A stretch of DNA of 54,508 bases from Anaerolineales bacterium (GTDB lineage: Bacteria; Chloroflexota; Anaerolineae; Anaerolineales; UBA11579), in assembly GCA_046716985.1 (NCBI GenBank), contig JBKJWG010000315.1:1-54508 (forward strand), given 5' to 3'. The translations under genes were made by a program, and so were the position numbers. The notes under the pieces are model-generated. The model made no database searches and had not been told where the DNA came from. It worked only from the letters and a program-made list of their open reading frames with translations. Numbering within the stretch: position 1 is the stretch's first letter; every line of letters starts with the position of its first letter. This document shows positions 45,240 through 54,508 of the stretch, one piece after another.

Positions 45240-46258
45240 GCAACCGCATCAGCCAGGTGCTGCGCCTGTTGCTCACCGGCAAAGTGCAGCAAAGCGAGCA
45301 GCGCGAAATTCCGCAGATCAGTATCGAGGACTTGGCCGAGATCAAAGAATTTTTCCCCATGCCGAAATTCTTCGTTTTCGGCCATGCTCGCTCTGGCACG
45401 ACGTTGCTGGCTCGCTTGATTCGTCTCCATCCCGATATTCATTGCAACTGGCAGGCTCACTTTTTCACTCGTCCTCCGCTGCTGAGTGGCGTCCTGGCTG
45501 ACCAAAAATTTGAAGCCTGGCTGGCGCGCCCCAGCAACCGCTGGAACCGCGGTCGTGATCTTTCTCCGGTGGCGCTGCGCGCCATGAGCGATTACATCCT
45601 CGAGCGCGACGCGCTTAAAGAAGGCAAATCCATCGTGGGCGACAAGAGCCCCAACGTGCTGCTCGGCGGCGGAGCCGTGCGCGAGATGCAGCGTATTTAT
45701 CCGGACGGCTCGCTGATCTACATTGTCCGCGACGGGCGCGACACGCTCATCTCGCATCGATTCCAGAATTTCATCGATGGCAGCCAATTCCTGACCCGCG
45801 CCGATCTGACGTTGCGGGATGCCTTTGCCAAAGATTCCGAACCCTTCTTTGCCGGCAAACGCTCCGTGTTCACGCCTCAGGCGCTCAAGAGCATGGCCAA
45901 GAGCTGGGCCGACAATGTAGTCGAAACCGATCGCCTCGGGCACCAGCTTTACGGCGATCGTTATTTTTCGTTGCGCTACGAAGATCTGCTGGCGCGACCA
46001 TTCGAAATGCTCACCAAGACCTGGGCTTTTTTGAGCGCCAACTCTGAAGGACTTGAGAATAAAGTCAACGCAGAAATGGCGCAAAACCCGGATGCGGTCT
46101 ACCAAAAAGAAAAAGCCCCCGACCTCGCCGCGGCGCTGGAAAAAGGCAAGCGCGGTTCCTGGAAACAACTCTTCACGCAGGGCGACAAAAATCTCTTTAA
46201 AGAAACCGCCGGCGAGGTTTTGCTTACCTGGGGCTATGAGCAAAGCGCGGATTGGTAG
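45236..46258 (+). CDS. PAPS-dependent sulfotransferase
   Basis: ATG at 45236 in an ATGA overlap (track start 45164). 'FVFGHARSGTTLLARLI' is a 5'-PSB-type loop. 'YIVRDGRDTLISH' is a 3'-PB-type motif. Confidence 0.75.
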   Translation: MSNRISQVLRLLLTGKVQQSEQREIPQISIEDLAEIKEFFPMPKFFVFGHARSGTTLLARLIRLHPDIHCNWQAHFFTRPPLLSGVLADQKFEAWLARPSNRWNRGRDLSPVALRAMSDYILERDALKEGKSIVGDKSPNVLLGGGAVREMQRIYPDGSLIYIVRDGRDTLISHRFQNFIDGSQFLTRADLTLRDAFAKDSEPFFAGKRSVFTPQALKSMAKSWADNVVETDRLGHQLYGDRYFSLRYEDLLARPFEMLTKTWAFLSANSEGLENKVNAEMAQNPDAVYQKEKAPDLAAALEKGKRGSWKQLFTQGDKNLFKETAGEVLLTWGYEQSADW

Positions 46259-47251
46259 ATGAAATTCCTGATCGCCGGCTTTGGCTCTATCGGCCGTCGC
46301 CACTTTCGTAATCTCAAGGCGCTGGGCGAAAAAGATGTTCTCTTTTATCGCAGCGGCAAAAGCCAACTTGAAGACAAAGAATTGTCCGGTCATGTGATTG
46401 AGCGCGATCTGAAATCTGCCCTCGCGCACGAACCCAATGCGGTCGTTGTTGCGAATCCGACCGCATTGCATCTCGACGTTGCTGTTCCGGCTGCGCAAGC
46501 CGGGTGCCATATCCTGCTCGAGAAACCCATTTCCAACAATATAGACCGCGTTGATGCGCTGGCCGCGGCTGCAAAAAAAAGTGGCAGCCGTATCCTGATG
46601 GGTTTCCAATATCGTTTCCACCCCGGTTTGCAAAAGGCTGCCGAGATCTTGCGCTCAGGCGAGCTGGGTAAACCCCTTTCGGCTCGCGCACACTGGGGCG
46701 AATATCTTCCCGATTGGCATCCCAATGAGGACTATCGCCAAGGCTACAGCGCCCGAGCGGATCTGGGCGGCGGCGTGGTGCTCACGTTGTCTCACCCGTT
46801 TGACTATTTGCGCTGGCTGCTGGGTGAGGTCCAAGAGGTTTGGGGAAATGTGAAGCGCAGCGGCCAACTGGAAATCGATGTGGAAGATGAAGCCGAGGCT
46901 GGCTTGGAATTTGCCAGTGGTGCGCTCGCCAGTATCCACCTGGATTATTTACAGCGCCCCCCCGCCCATTGGCTGGAGATCGTCTGCGCGGCTGGCTTGT
47001 TGCATTGGGACGCGGACAGCGGACAGCTGGGCGTGCACCGCGCTGCGGACGGCAGCGAGCAGGAGTTCCTGCCGCCGGCGGGATTCGAACGCGATGAACT
47101 GTTTTTAGCCCAGATGCGCCATTTTATTGCGGTGGTGAAGGGCGAGGCCGCCCCGCAATGCACTTTGGAGGATGGTCGCCGCGCTTTGGAGATCGCCCTA
47201 GCTGTGCACAAATCTGCGGCAGAAGGCAAGGGCATTAGATTAGGCCGCTAA
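46259..47251 (+). CDS. Gfo/Idh/MocA-family NAD(P)-dependent sugar oxidoreductase
   Basis: N-terminal Rossmann 'MKFLIAGFGSIGRRHFRNL' and the family 'LLEKPIS' motif. The stop overlaps the stop of the convergent minus-strand gene. Confidence 0.8.
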   Translation: MKFLIAGFGSIGRRHFRNLKALGEKDVLFYRSGKSQLEDKELSGHVIERDLKSALAHEPNAVVVANPTALHLDVAVPAAQAGCHILLEKPISNNIDRVDALAAAAKKSGSRILMGFQYRFHPGLQKAAEILRSGELGKPLSARAHWGEYLPDWHPNEDYRQGYSARADLGGGVVLTLSHPFDYLRWLLGEVQEVWGNVKRSGQLEIDVEDEAEAGLEFASGALASIHLDYLQRPPAHWLEIVCAAGLLHWDADSGQLGVHRAADGSEQEFLPPAGFERDELFLAQMRHFIAVVKGEAAPQCTLEDGRRALEIALAVHKSAAEGKGIRLGR

Positions 47252-48843
47252 TCCTGGGGCGGAATCAAGTCCCAGAGAATATAAGGGGAATCTTCGCGGA
47301 AGTAATAAGGAATTCCATCGATCACGGAAAGCTCATAGTTGACTAAATAGGGCTCGACCTCTTCGTCGGTGCCTTCCCATATCTGGGCGACCACATCAGG
47401 TTGCAGCTGACCGATGGAGTAGGCGTAATTCCATTTGTTGTGGCCGGGACGGTAGTTGCCGGGCTCGAACAGGCTGGAATTGATGCGTGCTAGCCCCCGG
47501 GCGATAATCGGGTTGTTCTTGCCAAGCAGGTCTACGCAAGTTCGTTCGGAAAAATAAGGGATGTTGCCGGCGGTCACCACCGCGATCACGGCCTCGGGTG
47601 TGGTGACTCGGCGCAACGCCAGGCCCATGCTGGCATAGCGTTCCACGCTTTCGGTGAAGACCGGCTTATCGCGAAGTGTCCATTTGGCGATGGGGTTCTG
47701 CACCAGCAAATTGTTTAGACTAAATAAGCTGAATCCGGCGAATAGTGCCAGAAAAATATTGCTGGCTGGCCTAGCCCACTTTGCTTTAAATTTAGCTGCT
47801 TGCAAAGTAAGTTCTTGTAACGAGCCGAGCGTGTGAGCCAGCAAGATGAAGAAAATTGGCATGACCGCGGCGATAAAGCGGTTGGCGCCGCCGTCGTGCT
47901 CCCAGGCGTCGCCGCCCACATAAATGCTGTAGCCAACTTGAGCGATAAAGAGCGCATAGAACGGCCAAAGAATTTTGCGTTTGTCCAATGCGAAAAGAGA
48001 TAGCGGCAGAATGAAGAGCACCCAGTTCGAGTTCCACACGAAATCCCAAAATCGGCGCAGGCCGATGCTGATGCGCAGGATTGTGGACATGCCACCCAAT
48101 TTCAAATAGTAAGTGTTGGGTAGCCAGGCGCCGTAGTAAGCTACACGAAAAACCGTCAGCGCCAACAGTGTTCCGCCGATAGCGCCCAAACCCCAGAACA
48201 AATGCTGCTTGCGGCGCTTTTCATCCAGCCAGGCGAAAGCCGCGGTAGCTGCCAGGGCCGGCGCGGCCGCGTCCATGCGCAGCAAGACGGCCACGGCGAA
48301 GAGCGCGTAAGGCCAGGGCGAGAATTTCTTATGCGTGAGCGCGAGCAGCCCAAGCAGCAAGGCGGCATTAAGCAGCAGAGCTTCAAAGCCGACCTCCATG
48401 CCTTGCAAGCTCCAGTTGTTGAGCGGGAAATAAAAAGCAGTGAGGAAAACCGCCAGCAGCGGCACTAAGGGATTTTTGCTGATCTGTTCAGCGAGTTTTT
48501 TCACTACGACTAAGTTCAATATTAAGAAAAATAAACTCAGCAACTTCACGTACAAACTGGTTTCGGTGAGTGCGATCGGCAGCAAATGAATGCCCGCCAT
48601 GAGCAACACCCATAAGGGATTGCTATAGCCTTCCACGCGCTCACCGCCTGCGTTCCACACCAAACCGTCGCCGTGCGCCAAGTTCTTGGCATATTGCATC
48701 GAGATCATGGCGTCGTCGAACAGGGCGTGCATCTTTTGCCCATCGACCGTGATGGCTGTGCGTTGAATAAATTGCCAACCGTAAATTGCAAATGCACACA
48801 GAAGCGCAATGAAAGCAAATTGATAAACTCGTTTGGAATTCAT
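47248..48843 (-). CDS. GT-C-like polytopic membrane protein with conserved C-terminal extracytoplasmic domain (paralog 2 of tandem pair)
   Basis: 531 aa. After TM1 comes 'FDDAMISMQYAKNLAHGDGLVWNAGGERVEGYSNPLW'. About 10 TM segments follow, then 'YVGGDAWEHDGGANRF'. The soluble C-terminus has 'VVTAGNIPYF' and 'RPGHNKWNY...LQPDVVAQIW'. Confidence 0.55.
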   Translation of the reverse strand: MNSKRVYQFAFIALLCAFAIYGWQFIQRTAITVDGQKMHALFDDAMISMQYAKNLAHGDGLVWNAGGERVEGYSNPLWVLLMAGIHLLPIALTETSLYVKLLSLFFLILNLVVVKKLAEQISKNPLVPLLAVFLTAFYFPLNNWSLQGMEVGFEALLLNAALLLGLLALTHKKFSPWPYALFAVAVLLRMDAAAPALAATAAFAWLDEKRRKQHLFWGLGAIGGTLLALTVFRVAYYGAWLPNTYYLKLGGMSTILRISIGLRRFWDFVWNSNWVLFILPLSLFALDKRKILWPFYALFIAQVGYSIYVGGDAWEHDGGANRFIAAVMPIFFILLAHTLGSLQELTLQAAKFKAKWARPASNIFLALFAGFSLFSLNNLLVQNPIAKWTLRDKPVFTESVERYASMGLALRRVTTPEAVIAVVTAGNIPYFSERTCVDLLGKNNPIIARGLARINSSLFEPGNYRPGHNKWNYAYSIGQLQPDVVAQIWEGTDEEVEPYLVNYELSVIDGIPYYFREDSPYILWDLIPPQD

Positions 48844-48846
48844 CGC

Positions 48847-50478
48847 CTACTGTTCTATTCGACTATTCACAAGGTCCCACAAAATATACGGTGAATCGGT
48901 GCGGATAAACAAAGGGAAGCCATCCACCAGGAAATATTCGTACCCGCCTGCTTCGAGGTAAGGCTGCATCTCTGTAGTGCTGCCCCAGATCTGCGCAACG
49001 ATATCGGGCTGCAGGTCCACAATGGAGTGCTGGTAATCCCACTTGTTGTGGCCGGGACGAAAGATATCGTCGACGTTGTCGAACACGCCGCCGTTGTCGT
49101 GCGGCTGGCTGTGGGCGATGACGCGATCACTTTTGCCAAGCATGTCGATGCCGGCGCGCTCGGCAAAATAAATGATATTGCCAGCGGTCACCACGGCGAT
49201 CTTGGCTTGGGGATCAGTGATCTCGTTTATTAGCAGGCCGAGGGTTACGTAGCGCTGCGTGCCGGCCACGAAGATCGGGCGCTTGATCAATGCCCATTTT
49301 TCGAATGGATCATTCTCGTTGATCACGTTGAAGCTAAATAAGCTGGCCGCTACAAAACCTGCCAGCAAAATCTGGCTGATAGGTTTCGTCCAACTCCCCT
49401 TGCGCAAACTGAGCAAGGCGCGGCGGATCTTATCCAGCGTCTGCACAAAGAGGATGAAAAATAACGGCATAGCGATGGCGATAAAGCGGTTTGCGCCGCC
49501 CTTGTGCTCCCAGGCGTCGCCACCTACATAAATGCTGTAGATGATCTGCCCCAGCAGCAGGCTGAACAGCAAAAGGGCGGGCGGCTCGGGCCAAAGCAGA
49601 AGCAGCAGAACCGGAATCATCATTAGGAACCAGCCTGAGCCCCACACGAAACCCCAAAAAACCGACCAGCCGCGCTGCGCTCGGTCTAGCAGCGAAACAC
49701 CGACGACTTTTAGATAGTAAGTGTTTGGGAGCCAGTCCCCGTAATACAAGCGGCGAGCGATGGTTTGCACAAGCAGCGAACCCGCAAACAGCCCGAGGCC
49801 CCAGCTGAGATGCTGCTTGCGATGCTTGCGATCCTTCCAGGCGAAGAAGGCTGTGAGCATCACAAGCGGCACGACCATGTCCACGCGCACAAAAGTGCCA
49901 AGGGTAAGCAAAGCGTAGGGCCAAATCGAGAATCGTTTGGCTTTGAAATTGCGCAGGGCTAGCAACGTAGCGGCGCTAAGCAACAACACAAGCGCGCTGA
50001 CTTCCATGCCCTGCAGGCTCCAATTGTTCAGATGAAAATAAAATGCGGTCAGAAAGACCGCAAGCAGCGGCGCTAGAGCGCCCTCCAGCACCTCATCGGC
50101 GATCTTCTTGACAACGATCAGATTGGCGAACAGCAGCACCGCCCCGCTGACCTGGATCGGCAAGCTAACCTCGTTGCTGGGGATCTGAAAGAGATGCCAG
50201 AAGGCCATGTAGAAGACCCACAAGGGATTGCTAAAGCCCTCCACGCGTTCGCCGCCGGCGTTCCACACCAGGCCATGGCCTTGCGCCAGATTTCGGGCAT
50301 ATTGCATGGAGATCATTGCGTCGTCGAAGAGGGCGAAGTAGCGCTGGCCGTTGATCTCGAAGCTGGTGCGTTCGATGAAGCGGGCGGCGTAGACCGAAAA
50401 AGCCAGCAGGATGAGCAGGGAAGCGGCCAGCGCCAGGCGTTTGGCTTGTGTCTTCGAGACCTTGGGTGGATTGAGCAT
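48847..50478 (-). CDS. GT-C-like polytopic membrane protein with conserved C-terminal extracytoplasmic domain (paralog 1 of tandem pair)
   Basis: 543 aa and collinear with 47248-48843. 'FDDAMISMQYARNLAQGHGLVWNAGGERVEGFSNPLW', 'YVGGDAWEHKGGANRF', 'VVTAGNIIYF' and 'RPGHNKWDY...LQPDIVAQIW'. A 3-nt gap separates it from the downstream paralog. Confidence 0.55.
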   Translation of the reverse strand: MLNPPKVSKTQAKRLALAASLLILLAFSVYAARFIERTSFEINGQRYFALFDDAMISMQYARNLAQGHGLVWNAGGERVEGFSNPLWVFYMAFWHLFQIPSNEVSLPIQVSGAVLLFANLIVVKKIADEVLEGALAPLLAVFLTAFYFHLNNWSLQGMEVSALVLLLSAATLLALRNFKAKRFSIWPYALLTLGTFVRVDMVVPLVMLTAFFAWKDRKHRKQHLSWGLGLFAGSLLVQTIARRLYYGDWLPNTYYLKVVGVSLLDRAQRGWSVFWGFVWGSGWFLMMIPVLLLLLWPEPPALLLFSLLLGQIIYSIYVGGDAWEHKGGANRFIAIAMPLFFILFVQTLDKIRRALLSLRKGSWTKPISQILLAGFVAASLFSFNVINENDPFEKWALIKRPIFVAGTQRYVTLGLLINEITDPQAKIAVVTAGNIIYFAERAGIDMLGKSDRVIAHSQPHDNGGVFDNVDDIFRPGHNKWDYQHSIVDLQPDIVAQIWGSTTEMQPYLEAGGYEYFLVDGFPLFIRTDSPYILWDLVNSRIEQ

Positions 50479-50508
50479 TGGGATGCGCCTTGACGGAGGC
50501 GCGGTGGC

Positions 50509-50514
50509 ATTATA
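50509..50514 (-). promoter_or_regulatory. candidate -10 box (TATAAT) for the minus-strand GT-C pair
   Basis: The plus-strand ATTATA at 50509-50514 reads TATAAT on the minus strand. It lies 31-36 nt upstream of the ATG at 50478. I found no good -35. A GCGCCT/AGGCGC hairpin (50485-50502) would sit in the short leader. Confidence 0.3.
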
Positions 50515-50752
50515 ACCATCCAGACGAGTGAGGAAAGTTTTAATTATTATCAGTCTGAGGCAGGGGATGTTCGTTAATAGTTAATACTTGCCCTGAACGG
50601 AGCTGGCGATACGCAAAAGATATTATTCCGCGAGGATCGGGGGTGGGGATCGGTAATAAGTTGTCAAGTGGTAACAACTTCATGAGGCTTGACAAGAGAA
50701 AACTCGTTTTTCATGAAATAGTCTCCCAGGTTGCACGGTCACATTATTAACA

Positions 50753-50791
50753 TGAATGTCAGGGGGCGGAGGGAAATTCGGCTGAATGTCA
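50753..50791. repeat. direct repeat TGAATGTCA x2, 30-nt periodicity
   Basis: TGAATGTCA occurs at 50753-50761 and again at 50783-50791, in the divergent intergenic region. Confidence 0.5.
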
Positions 50792-50805
50792 AGGCATTGA
50801 CGGTG

Positions 50806-50869
50806 GGCGCACTGCGGTGCGCCTCTTACGCGGTGAAGGTTGCAGAACGGGCGGGTCTCAGACCCGCCC
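50806..50869. repeat. two GC-rich perfect hairpins (REP-like)
   Basis: GGCGCAC (50806-50812) pairs with GTGCGCC (50817-50823) across loop TGCG. GGGCGGGTC (50849-50857) pairs with GACCCGCCC (50861-50869) across loop TCA. The flanking GGTTGCAG and CTACAACC can extend the second stem imperfectly. Confidence 0.6.
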
Positions 50870-50922
50870 TACAACCCCGTCTGCGGTTTGGAAGCTACAC
50901 AAAACGGTGAGTTCGGTGGATT

Positions 50923-50976
50923 CTTCGCGGAGTTTACACTGAGCACTTCGCTCTGCTCAGTGTAAACTCCGCGAAG
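50923..50976. repeat. perfect 23-bp-arm palindrome (REP/MITE-like element or protein-binding site)
   Basis: CTTCGCGGAGTTTACACTGAGCA (50923-50945) pairs with TGCTCAGTGTAAACTCCGCGAAG (50954-50976) across loop CTTCGCTC (50946-50953). I checked the arms base by base. GAGCACTTCG (50941-50950) can alternatively pair with CGAAGTGCTC (50972-50981). Confidence 0.8.
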
Positions 50977-51047
50977 TGCTCAGAATGACAAGGGCGGCCT
51001 CATCAACTCAATTTCCTTCATGGTATCATTTTACTGTTGCCCGCTTG

Positions 51048-51078
51048 ACAGCCTGCTTTGACAAGCAGGCTGTTTTTT
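51048..51078 (+). terminator. intrinsic-terminator-like hairpin plus T5-6 tract, 33 nt upstream of the sat-cysC start
   Basis: ACAGCCTGCT (51048-51057) pairs perfectly with AGCAGGCTGT (51064-51073) across loop TTGACA, followed by TTTTT (51074-51078). No plus-strand gene lies upstream for it to terminate. The minus-strand reading has no T-tract. Confidence 0.5.
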
Positions 51079-51080
51079 AG

Positions 51081-52871
<1,791 letters not shown>

Positions 52872-52889
52872 CGAGTCCGCAGCACGCGA

Positions 52890-53702
52890 ATGTCACAAAT
52901 TCAACAAGCGTTCGATCTGAGTGGCCGCGTTGCACTGGTGACAGGCGGCGCGGGCCTGCTCGGGCAACAATTTTGCCGAACGCTGGTTCAGGCGGGCGCC
53001 TCGGTAGTGGTGGCAGACTTGAATGAGAAAGCTGCCAGCGAACTTGCCAACAAGCTGGGCGCTAAGGCAAAAGCCGCCGGGTGCGATGTAGGCGATAAAG
53101 CATCGGTGCAGGCGGCGGTGGATGCCGCCGTGAAAAGTTTCGGGCGGCTGGATATTTTGGTGAACAGCGCCGCGCTGGATCCGAAGTTCGATGCAACCGA
53201 GGCGGGCAAGCACAGCAGTTCGTTCGAAGACTATTCGTTGGAAGATTGGGAAAAAGCGCTGCGAGTCAACCTGACCGGCGCTTTTCTTTTTTCCCAAGCT
53301 GCGCTGAGGGAAATGTTGAAGCAAAAGAGCGGAGTGATCATCAATATCTGCTCGACCTATGGTTTGGGCGGCCCGGACCAACGCATCTATCAGAAAAAAG
53401 GTAAGCCCCCAGCTTATAAACCGGTTGATTACACAGTCACCAAGGCCGGCATTCTGGGTCTTACAAAATACCTGGCCACTTATTACGGCGATAAAAATAT
53501 TCGCGTCAATGCACTCACGCCAGGCGGCGTGCAGAACACGCAAGACGAAGAATTGGTACAGGCTTACTCGGCGCGCACGGTGCTGGGGCGCATGGCGCGA
53601 CCGGACGAAATGAACGGGGCGCTACTATTTTTGGCTTCGGACGCGTCCAGTTACATGACCGGCGCCAACCTGGTGGTCGATGGGGGCTGGACGGCGTGGT
53701 GA
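52890..53702 (+). CDS. classical short-chain dehydrogenase/reductase (SDR)
   Basis: 'VALVTGGAGLLGQQF', 'LVNSAAL' and the catalytic 'YTVTKAGILGL' (YxxxK). 270 aa. Confidence 0.85.
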   Translation: MSQIQQAFDLSGRVALVTGGAGLLGQQFCRTLVQAGASVVVADLNEKAASELANKLGAKAKAAGCDVGDKASVQAAVDAAVKSFGRLDILVNSAALDPKFDATEAGKHSSSFEDYSLEDWEKALRVNLTGAFLFSQAALREMLKQKSGVIINICSTYGLGGPDQRIYQKKGKPPAYKPVDYTVTKAGILGLTKYLATYYGDKNIRVNALTPGGVQNTQDEELVQAYSARTVLGRMARPDEMNGALLFLASDASSYMTGANLVVDGGWTAW

Positions 53703-54508
53703 GCCCCAAGAAGCGGCCCGAAGTGCTGGCAATCATTCCGGCGCGCGGAGGCTCGAAGAGCATCCCGCGCAAGAACGCGCAGCTGTTCGCCGGGCACCCA
53801 CTGCTGGCCTTTAGTGTTGCAGCGGGGCTGCGTGCTAAGAGCGTGACGCGGGTCATCATTTCGACGGATGACGAAGCCATGGCCGAGATGGCGCGGCAGC
53901 TGGGGGCTGAGGCGCCGTTCCTGCGCCCCAGCCAACTGGCGCAAGACGACACGCTCGACCTGCCAGTTTTTCAGCACGCGCTCAATTGGCTGGCTAAGGA
54001 AGAAGTCTACAAGCCCGACATTGTGGTCCAGCTTCGCCCGACTTCGCCGCTGCGCCCACCCGATCTGGTGGACCGCGCGGTCAAGGCCTTGCTCGAGCAT
54101 GCAAAGGCGGACTCGGCGCGCGGCGTGGTGCCGGCCGGGCAAAATCCGTACAAGATGTGGTCAATTGGCGCGAGCGGCGCGCTGCAGCCTTTGCTTAAGC
54201 TCAAGGGCGTGGCTGAGCCCTATAACGCGCTGCGCCAAAAGCTGCCGCCTGTTTATTGGCAGACCGGGCACGTTGACGCGATCCGCATTGCGACAATTTT
54301 GAAAAAAGAGAGCATGAGCGGAGAAGTGATCTGGCCGGTTGTGATCGACGCGCGTTACACCGTGGACATCCACCCCCCCAACGTTTGGCGCCGCGCCGTG
54401 GGGCTCGCCACCGGGGGCGAGCTGTATCTGATTGGGCCGGCCAAGGCGCCGCGGCCGTTCCCCAAACAAGTCAAAATGCTGGTGATGGATTTCGATGGCG
54501 TGCTCAGC
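53699..54508 (+). CDS. CMP-N-acylneuraminate/NulO cytidylyltransferase (NeuA-like) fused to the start of a HAD phosphatase domain, 3'-truncated by window edge
   Basis: This ORF is not in the track. A GTG at 53699 forms a GTGA overlap with the SDR stop and opens a frame that runs stop-free for 270 codons to the window end. My translation gives 'VLAIIPARGGSKSIPRKN', 'VIISTDDEAMAEMARQLGAEAPFLRP' and 'VVQLRPTSPLR' (CTP_transf_3). It ends 'KMLVMDFDGVLS', which is HAD motif I (DxDG). Confidence 0.8.
   Translation, partial: MSPKKRPEVLAIIPARGGSKSIPRKNAQLFAGHPLLAFSVAAGLRAKSVTRVIISTDDEAMAEMARQLGAEAPFLRPSQLAQDDTLDLPVFQHALNWLAKEEVYKPDIVVQLRPTSPLRPPDLVDRAVKALLEHAKADSARGVVPAGQNPYKMWSIGASGALQPLLKLKGVAEPYNALRQKLPPVYWQTGHVDAIRIATILKKESMSGEVIWPVVIDARYTVDIHPPNVWRRAVGLATGGELYLIGPAKAPRPFPKQVKMLVMDFDGVLS

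Noticed and set aside
45107-46633. Very long (508 aa) minus-strand ORF antisense to the sulfotransferase and Gfo/Idh/MocA genes
   Set aside because: It has no recognisable motif and a low-complexity Arg/Ala/Gly/Phe-rich composition. It lies exactly opposite two plus-strand genes with strong family motifs and translational coupling. This is a typical shadow ORF of GC-rich coding DNA.
51021-51029. TGgTATCAT as a definite extended -10 promoter for sat-cysC
   Set aside because: No convincing -35 is present, and a transcript from here would meet the terminator-like hairpin within ~15 nt. I keep it only as part of the attenuator hypothesis, not as a feature.
53868-54302. Track ORF of 144 aa on the plus strand
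   Set aside because: It is out of frame with the 270-codon stop-free frame starting at GTG 53699, which encodes clear NeuA-type motifs. The 144-aa translation is Arg/Trp/Cys-rich nonsense.

Overview
The 54.5-kb window is one almost uninterrupted cell-envelope glycan biosynthesis locus from a moderately GC-rich bacterium. I saw no rRNA, tRNA, CRISPR array, transposase or integrase. I call 47 CDS, 45 on + and 2 on -. Most are separated by under 20 nt or overlap by 1-4 nt (ATGA, GTGA, TAATG junctions), so they form long translationally coupled operons.

Content:
- 7 GT4-type GT-B glycosyltransferases.
- 6-7 GT2/GT-A enzymes, one of them a GtrB/DPM1-like polyprenyl-phosphate sugar synthase.
- 2 'HP-motif' GT-B-like enzymes, one KpsS/KpsC-like.
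- 5-6 large polytopic GT-C-like membrane proteins, including two paralogous pairs.
- 7 class I SAM methyltransferases, a B12-domain radical SAM enzyme and a UGM-like flavoprotein.
- A Wzm/Wzt ABC exporter whose Wzt carries a C-terminal extension.
- A PseB / RmlD-like / NeuB-like / cytidylyltransferase nonulosonic-acid module, plus a second NeuA-HAD fusion at the 3' edge that is missing from the ORF track.
- Fcl-like and other SDR enzymes and a DegT aminotransferase.
- A sulfotransferase and a Sat-CysC PAPS synthase.
- A MarR-type EPS regulator behind a near-consensus sigma70 promoter.

The most interesting reading is a two-compartment pathway: cytoplasmic assembly, then ABC export, then extracytoplasmic GT-C decoration from tailored polyprenyl-P-sugars. 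It would give a methylated, sulfated, ulosonic-acid-bearing polymer. All functional calls are motif-level readings of the translations and need HMM or structure confirmation. Lineage cannot be determined from the window alone.
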